Shown here in pieces: positions 59,280 to 64,000 of a DNA stretch of 64,000 nucleotides. The notes under the pieces are model-generated. The model was not told the origin of the DNA, searched no databases, and was given only the letters and a program-made list of their open reading frames with translations. Source of the stretch: Rubripirellula sp. (GTDB lineage: Bacteria > Planctomycetota > Planctomycetia > Pirellulales > Pirellulaceae); assembly GCA_965216875.1 (NCBI GenBank), contig OZ244207.1, positions 4,864,001 to 4,928,000 on the forward strand, in the 5' to 3' direction. A program made the translations under genes and the position numbers. The stretch's first letter is position 1. Each line of letters begins with the position of its first letter.

Positions 59280-59424
59280 GTCATGCTCCGCATGACACAT
59301 TTCTATCTTCGTGATCGCCCGTGAGCCGTACGCGCTAGCGTCGGGCCTTATCACTCCCTTAAGTCTCGCAAAACCCGACGCTAGCGCGTTCGGCTCAGGA
59401 CTTGTCATGCACAGCATGACCTAC
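59276..59424. repeat. Nested REP element: family A pair enclosing a family D pair
   Basis: A(+) 59276-59296, D(+) 59321-59347, D(-) about 59373-59397 and A(-) 59404-59424. Confidence 0.88.
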
Positions 59425-59465
59425 AAAAAAAATCGCTCTCACGTGCGATTCACGCGAGAGCGATT
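59425..59465 (-). terminator. Intrinsic terminator of the ECF sigma gene
   Basis: Minus strand AATCGCTCTCGCGTG-AATCG-CACGTGAGAGCGATT followed by a T-run, immediately after the stop codon. Confidence 0.85.
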
Positions 59466-59467
59466 CG

Positions 59468-60049
59468 TTAGACGGCTTGCGTCATGTCCATTTCCTTGGC
59501 CAGTCGCTTACGAGCAACGTGCAAACGTCGCTTGATCGTACCGACAGGAGCGTCGAATTCGTCGCTCATTTCGACCAACGTCTTGCTGTGCAAGTAGAAC
59601 GCCTTGAGCGTTTGCTGGTCGAGTGCACCGAGTCGATCGATGCTATCGCGGATCGCAGCGGCTTGCTCTCGATCCTCGGCAACCGTCTCCGGGTTACCCT
59701 CAGCCAGGCAAGTTGCCTCGAGGGTTTCCGGATCGCATGCCAACGCGTTTCGCGTTCGGGTCATGCGGTTGATTGCCATGCGATGAACGATTCGTCGCAA
59801 CCAACCACCGAATGCCTCAGGAACTCGAAGCTGGTCAATCTTCTGCATCGCTTGGATGAAGACGTCTTGAGCCAGTTCTTCGGCTTCGTCAGCGTTTCGG
59901 ACGCGTCGCATTGCCAGTGCAACGATGCTTGGTCGGTATCGCTCGAACAGTTCGCCAAAAGCTTCTTGGTTTCCAGCTTGTGCAGCTCGAACCAATTCAG
60001 CAACGGTCAAAGATTCGAAGTTCAGGATGTTGTTTTCGGTGAAGTTCAT
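59468..60049 (-). CDS. ECF sigma-70 family sigma factor (193 aa)
   Basis: ATG 60049 after GAGG. AFGELFERY, EAEELAQDVF, FGGWLRRI and PVGTIKRRLHVARKRL. Confidence 0.93.
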   Translation of the reverse strand: MNFTENNILNFESLTVAELVRAAQAGNQEAFGELFERYRPSIVALAMRRVRNADEAEELAQDVFIQAMQKIDQLRVPEAFGGWLRRIVHRMAINRMTRTRNALACDPETLEATCLAEGNPETVAEDREQAAAIRDSIDRLGALDQQTLKAFYLHSKTLVEMSDEFDAPVGTIKRRLHVARKRLAKEMDMTQAV

Positions 60050-60433
60050 TTTTCGGTTCCTCTTCGTTTGAGGTCCAACCTGAAATCGCATCTCCGTGCG
60101 TCTCTGTTCAGATTGGTATGACCGCTGCGTGACACTTTCGGTCGCGCGATCAATGGTTTTTGTTTCGTGAGATTCAGGTCTTTGGGTTGGCTTGCAACAG
60201 ACCCCGCGAAGGGGAAACCACATAAGGAACCACGAAGGGTTACTTGGGTTGGGTGCAGGCCAAAATCAACGAGTCGCGAAAAACTTGGCAAACGTATGCA
60301 TCAACACATGCAAAGTTGATGCTGGGCTTGCAGTCACGCGGGTCGTCAGCTTTACCGGTCGATGCTCTCGTTCTGCTCAGCCAATTTTTTGGCTTCGCTC
60401 GGGAGCGGCTCGACCGTGGGAGTCACTAAGGCT

Positions 60434-60709
60434 TTATGAACTAGTGAGTCCCGCTGGCGTGCCAGCGGTCACCATTGCGAGTGGTGACGGCTTGCTTCTG
60501 CCGCGTTTACAGCCGGGCCCTGGATTACTTGGACCCGCATCACTTAATGACAGCAGGGCTGAATCCGGATAGCTCGACATTCCCAGAGACGTCCGTAGCT
60601 GCCAACAATGGAGGTGCATTGCGGTGGCGAACGACTCGACGACCTTAATCTCACGTGCGACGGCAACTGCCAAACGTGCGACGGTAGCGATTGTTTGTTC
60701 GATACGCAT
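60434..60709 (-). CDS. Upstream ORF / small hypothetical protein (91 aa) in the ECF leader
   Basis: Strong Shine-Dalgarno GGGAGG-TTGAA-ATG. Translation begins MRIEQTIATVARLAVAVAREIKVVESFATAMHLHCW. The stop falls in a hairpin loop. Confidence 0.5.
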   Translation of the reverse strand: MRIEQTIATVARLAVAVAREIKVVESFATAMHLHCWQLRTSLGMSSYPDSALLSLSDAGPSNPGPGCKRGRSKPSPLAMVTAGTPAGLTSS

Positions 60710-60892
60710 TTCAACCTCCCGGGCGCCTTCAAAAGCGACGCAGCTACGGGTGTAAGAAAAAACCAAAAATTGAACTGGGACACGTGACCGGCCAACGAAT
60801 GGGCAAGTCAGGTGTCTACTCTCCGCTTCAAAGGTATACCAGAAGCGGCCATGAGGCCAGTGAAAACACCCACCTCATGGGTTATTGATCGT

Positions 60893-60919
60893 ATAGACGG
60901 TCTCGATAATCCAAGGTTC
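60893..60919 (-). promoter_or_regulatory. ECF (sigmaE-like) promoter, probably autoregulatory
   Basis: Minus strand GAACCT-N15-GTCTAT resembles the GGAACTT-N15-GTCnAA type consensus and points toward the upstream ORF and ECF gene. Confidence 0.55.
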
Positions 60920-61030
60920 GCCGAGATTTAGGTTTTATTTGCAAATATTCCCTGACCACGCCCAAAATGAGCCTCACCGCACCCGGGCAATGGTGCGTTT
61001 TCGCGGCAAAACAGGCAGGGTTTTAGCGAA

Positions 61031-61822
61031 ATGCCTTCAAAGACAGTTCTTTTTCTAGGCGACCAGGGGCTGATGGTTTGTCAGTCCTTGGCCGACCTTT
61101 TGTTTCCACCGGTCTGTTGCCTGTGCAACGAACCGGTCGCCGAGCCGGGCTTTTGCGTCCCCTGTTTGACCCGGCTGACTCTTAGCCAAACTCAGATGGA
61201 ATCCGCCTGCCGACGGTGCGGAATCCCTCGGCCGGTCGCCGCTGGGGTCGATCCGAACGCCAGTCCAAGGTGCGTCCATTGTCGTGACAAGGACTATCAG
61301 TTTGATGAGGTGATTCCTCTGTGGTCTTACCAGGATTCGGTTTGCGACGCGGTGGTGGCGGCCAAATTCGCAAGCCGGGCATCCCTGGGCGACGAGCTTG
61401 GCAGGCGGCTGGCCGAGCGTGTGAGGATGCGACTTGGCAAGGAATCCCCCGATGTCGTCACCTACATCCCGAGTCATTTCACTCGCCAGATCCACCGAGG
61501 GGGTTCGGGCAACCAGGTGATCGCGACGCGTCTGGCGAGAGTGTTGGGAAGCCGATGTTTGTCAGCGCTGCGACTGACGCGGCGAATCGCCAAGCAGGCC
61601 TGGCTCGATGACCAGCAACGTCTCGAAAATGTACGCGGTGCGTTTTCGCTTAAAAAGAGCTATGCTTTGCTGAGACCACAAAGAATCGCCAACCAGCACA
61701 TCTTGCTGGTTGATGACGTTCTAACGACAGGAGCGACCGCAAACGAGGTGGCTCGTGTACTTCGGGAAAATGGCGCCCGACGTGTGACTTTGGCGGTAGT
61801 TGCCAGAGCGTTGCGTTCGTGA
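61031..61822 (+). CDS. comF: ComF family protein (double zinc ribbon + PRTase-like)
   Basis: Four CxxC motifs, RG...Q, RLENVRGAF and ILLVDDVLTTGAT. Confidence 0.9.
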   Translation: MPSKTVLFLGDQGLMVCQSLADLLFPPVCCLCNEPVAEPGFCVPCLTRLTLSQTQMESACRRCGIPRPVAAGVDPNASPRCVHCRDKDYQFDEVIPLWSYQDSVCDAVVAAKFASRASLGDELGRRLAERVRMRLGKESPDVVTYIPSHFTRQIHRGGSGNQVIATRLARVLGSRCLSALRLTRRIAKQAWLDDQQRLENVRGAFSLKKSYALLRPQRIANQHILLVDDVLTTGATANEVARVLRENGARRVTLAVVARALRS

Positions 61823-61977
61823 CGGTCTTTTGCATTCGGCACATGCTGGCCGGAAACCATTTTGACGGTCGTTGCGTCTGTATCAAATGCAGAAGCTGAA
61901 ACGGTCAGGCCAAGTGTGGTGTTCCAGAAAGGTTGAGGCTGTGTCGCGTCGTTGCGCGTCCGAATTCGATAGATACG

Positions 61978-62943
61978 ATGAACTCGAACTCAGATACCCC
62001 TTCAAACGAACCTTCGCGGGTCGCTGGATTCCGGCGAGCCGTCTTGCGTGGGCTGGGTGTTGTCCTGCCGCCGCTGCTGACGATTGTCGTGCTGCTTTGG
62101 GCATGGAACACGATCGAGAGCTACGTTCTGCGGCCGATCGAAACCATGATCCGCCATGCGATCGTCTTGAGTATCGAAGAGACCTACGCCGAAGTGCCCG
62201 ATGGCGCAACTCGCGTGCCCGGAGCTCGGCGCCTTGATGGGTTCACCTACGACGGTACGCGGTTTGTCCCCGATCCGACCGGTCGACGATTCATTCCCGA
62301 ATACGTCAAGAAGATCGTCGACGAAAAGGCTGACTACTTTGGCCCCAATGCGCCCGCACCCGCCAGTGCCAAAGCGTATTGGCATCGTTATGTCGAAGTG
62401 GAGTACATGCCACGTTCGATCGTGCTGCCAGTCTTTTTGATTGTCTTCACCACCGCTCTCTATTTCCTTGGACGACTCTTTACCTTTGGACTCGGTCGCT
62501 GGTTCGTCCGCAGCTTCGATGCCGCGATCCTTCGGATCCCCGTCGTCAACAAGGTCTACGGGAGCGTCAAACAGGTAACCGACTTTGCGTTCAGCGAACG
62601 CGAGATCGAGTTCAATCGCGTCGTTGCCATTCAATACCCGCGTGAAGGGATTTGGTCACTCGGGTTCGTTACCGGTAACAGCATGAAAGAGATCACCGAA
62701 GCGACCGGTGAACCAATGCTGAGCGTCTTGATGCCAACCAGCCCGATGCCGATGACCGGCTTTACCGTGACTGTCAAAAAGAGCGAAGCGATCGACTTGA
62801 ACCTGACGATCGACGAGGCGATTCAGTTTGTCGTCAGCTGCGGTGTCGTCGTTCCTGCGCATCAGAGGATGGAGCTGACCATTGATGCATCGCCCAAAAG
62901 CACTCCGCCGCCCGCCCTCTCAACCGGCGAAGGCAAAGCGTGA
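61978..62943 (+). CDS. DUF502 domain membrane protein
   Basis: GLGVVLPPLLT, RIPVVNKVYGSVKQ, QYPREG and PTSPMPMTGF. Start placed at ATG 61978. Confidence 0.9.
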   Translation: MNSNSDTPSNEPSRVAGFRRAVLRGLGVVLPPLLTIVVLLWAWNTIESYVLRPIETMIRHAIVLSIEETYAEVPDGATRVPGARRLDGFTYDGTRFVPDPTGRRFIPEYVKKIVDEKADYFGPNAPAPASAKAYWHRYVEVEYMPRSIVLPVFLIVFTTALYFLGRLFTFGLGRWFVRSFDAAILRIPVVNKVYGSVKQVTDFAFSEREIEFNRVVAIQYPREGIWSLGFVTGNSMKEITEATGEPMLSVLMPTSPMPMTGFTVTVKKSEAIDLNLTIDEAIQFVVSCGVVVPAHQRMELTIDASPKSTPPPALSTGEGKA

Positions 62944-63019
62944 CTGATCGAACGTAAGTAACGTCGTGCCGTTCGATGTTTTGAGCCGCGATCGCGGAAG
63001 CGGCCGCGCCTTGCAAACA

Positions 63020-63256
63020 GGCTGTGACTTTCCTGAGCCGAACGCGTTAGCGTCGGGCCTTACAAACAGGTTGTCACTTTCCTGAGCCGAACCCGCTAGC
63101 TTCGGGCCTTACACTCGCCCGACGCGTATGCGCACGACTGTCATGCGGAGCATGACCTACGAAGAGGACGCGGAGCGTCCAAGAGTGCGTTACCACGCGG
63201 AGCGGGGTAACGAGGGAGGTTCCGCGTAGGGGCGGGACGACAAACGCATGACCTAC
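63020..63256. repeat. REP-like cluster (tandem family D, plus A and E)
   Basis: Two family D units with a 50-bp period (63033, 63083), A(-) 63140-63160, E 63164-63212 and a partial A at 63246-63256. Confidence 0.85.
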
Positions 63257-64000
63257 TTCTTGACCAGCGACCAGTCGCGGCGTTGACGACTGCTGGGGAT
63301 TCCCATCCGCTTGCGGTACTTGGTGACCGTTCGACGGGCGACAGCCATGCCCGCTTTTTTGAGCTCATCGACGAGTTTTTCGTCGCTGTGTGGGTCGCTC
63401 TTGTCTTCCTTGTCGATCAACTCTTGCAGCTTCAATCGAATGGTGTCCCAAGCGACGTCTTCGCCATCTTCGGTTTGCGTCCCGCCAACAAAGAAACGTT
63501 TCAGAGGCAGAATACCCCGAGGGGTTTGAATCCACTTGTCATCGACCGCGCGAGAGACCGTGGTGACGTGAACACCAACCTTGTCAGCGATCTGTTGCAT
63601 CTTCAATGGCTCGATCGCCTCGGGGCCTTCGTCAAGGAACCGCTTTTGGTGTTCGACAATCGCCTGTGCCACTTTGGTCAATGTACTGCGTCGCTGTTCG
63701 ATCGAATCGATCAACCACTGAGCGCTGTTGATTTTGTTTTTGATGAACTCGCGTTCTTCCGGCGTGCTGTTCGGATCTTGTAGCCGGCGGCGGTAATAGT
63801 CGCTGATGAAAAGCGTGGGCACGCGATCGTCATCAAGTCGAACGCTGTACTGACCCGTTTCATCCTGCTCGAGAATGATGTCGGGGGTGACATTGGGCAC
63901 GTACGTTTCCATGAACGCGGCACCCGGCCATGGATTCAACGCTCGCATTTCATCGCGAACCGTTTGTATCAGTTCAATGGAGTAGCCGGTCTTTTTCGCG
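63253..64000 (-). CDS. rpoN: RNA polymerase sigma-54 factor, 3' part; the gene starts beyond the window end
   Basis: PLKMQQIADKVGVHVTTVSRAV, SDEKL and the RpoN box ARRTVTKYR. Confidence 0.97.
   Translation of the reverse strand, partial: AKKTGYSIELIQTVRDEMRALNPWPGAAFMETYVPNVTPDIILEQDETGQYSVRLDDDRVPTLFISDYYRRRLQDPNSTPEEREFIKNKINSAQWLIDSIEQRRSTLTKVAQAIVEHQKRFLDEGPEAIEPLKMQQIADKVGVHVTTVSRAVDDKWIQTPRGILPLKRFFVGGTQTEDGEDVAWDTIRLKLQELIDKEDKSDPHSDEKLVDELKKAGMAVARRTVTKYRKRMGIPSSRQRRDWSLVKK

Noticed and set aside
60050..60223. 58-aa N-terminal extension of the ECF sigma ORF
   Set aside because: The extension is not sigma-like. ATG 60049 has a ribosome-binding site and gives a normal 193-aa ECF.
60050..60890. 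tmRNA, RNase P RNA, tRNA or a known riboswitch in the long intergenic region
   Set aside because: I saw no tRNA-like ends, RNase P GAGGAAAGUCC motif or known aptamer consensus. The region is kept only as an unclassified structured leader.

Overview
A gene-dense, GC-rich bacterial chromosome segment. It is almost certainly from a planctomycete (Pirellulaceae-like), inferred from two DUF1559 prepilin-like genes, a DUF1552/DUF1592 pair, PVC-type heme/dehydrogenase proteins, three sulfatases and ECF sigma factors. From left to right: (1) a GH29 fucosidase and a DUF1559-lipoprotein-FG-GAP cassette opposite an AraC regulator; both targets share a tandem ATAGCCA operator and the same promoter geometry. 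(2) A three-gene phosphorelay ending in a REC-LOV-histidine kinase. (3) A six-gene operon encoding a membrane-anchored PspA-like coiled-coil protein, a degenerate FHA protein, a Ser/Thr kinase, two paralogous membrane proteins and an ECF sigma factor with a fused Cys/His tail; this is the best candidate for an undescribed system. (4) pntAB, an aldo-keto reductase, a sulfatase and a cupredoxin/cytochrome c dehydrogenase module. (5) Carbohydrate and sulfate genes (DUF5060 hydrolase, sialidase, sulfatases). (6) Two CD225/dispanin genes plus DUF2752, then an orphan P-loop ATPase and a BlaI/M56 pair. (7) An ECF sigma factor with an approximately 840-nt structured leader containing an upstream ORF and an ECF-type promoter, followed by comF, DUF502 and rpoN. 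Intergenic regions carry mosaics of at least five REP-like palindrome families. No rRNA, tRNA, CRISPR array or transposase was seen. All calls come from reading motifs by eye; no database search was run.
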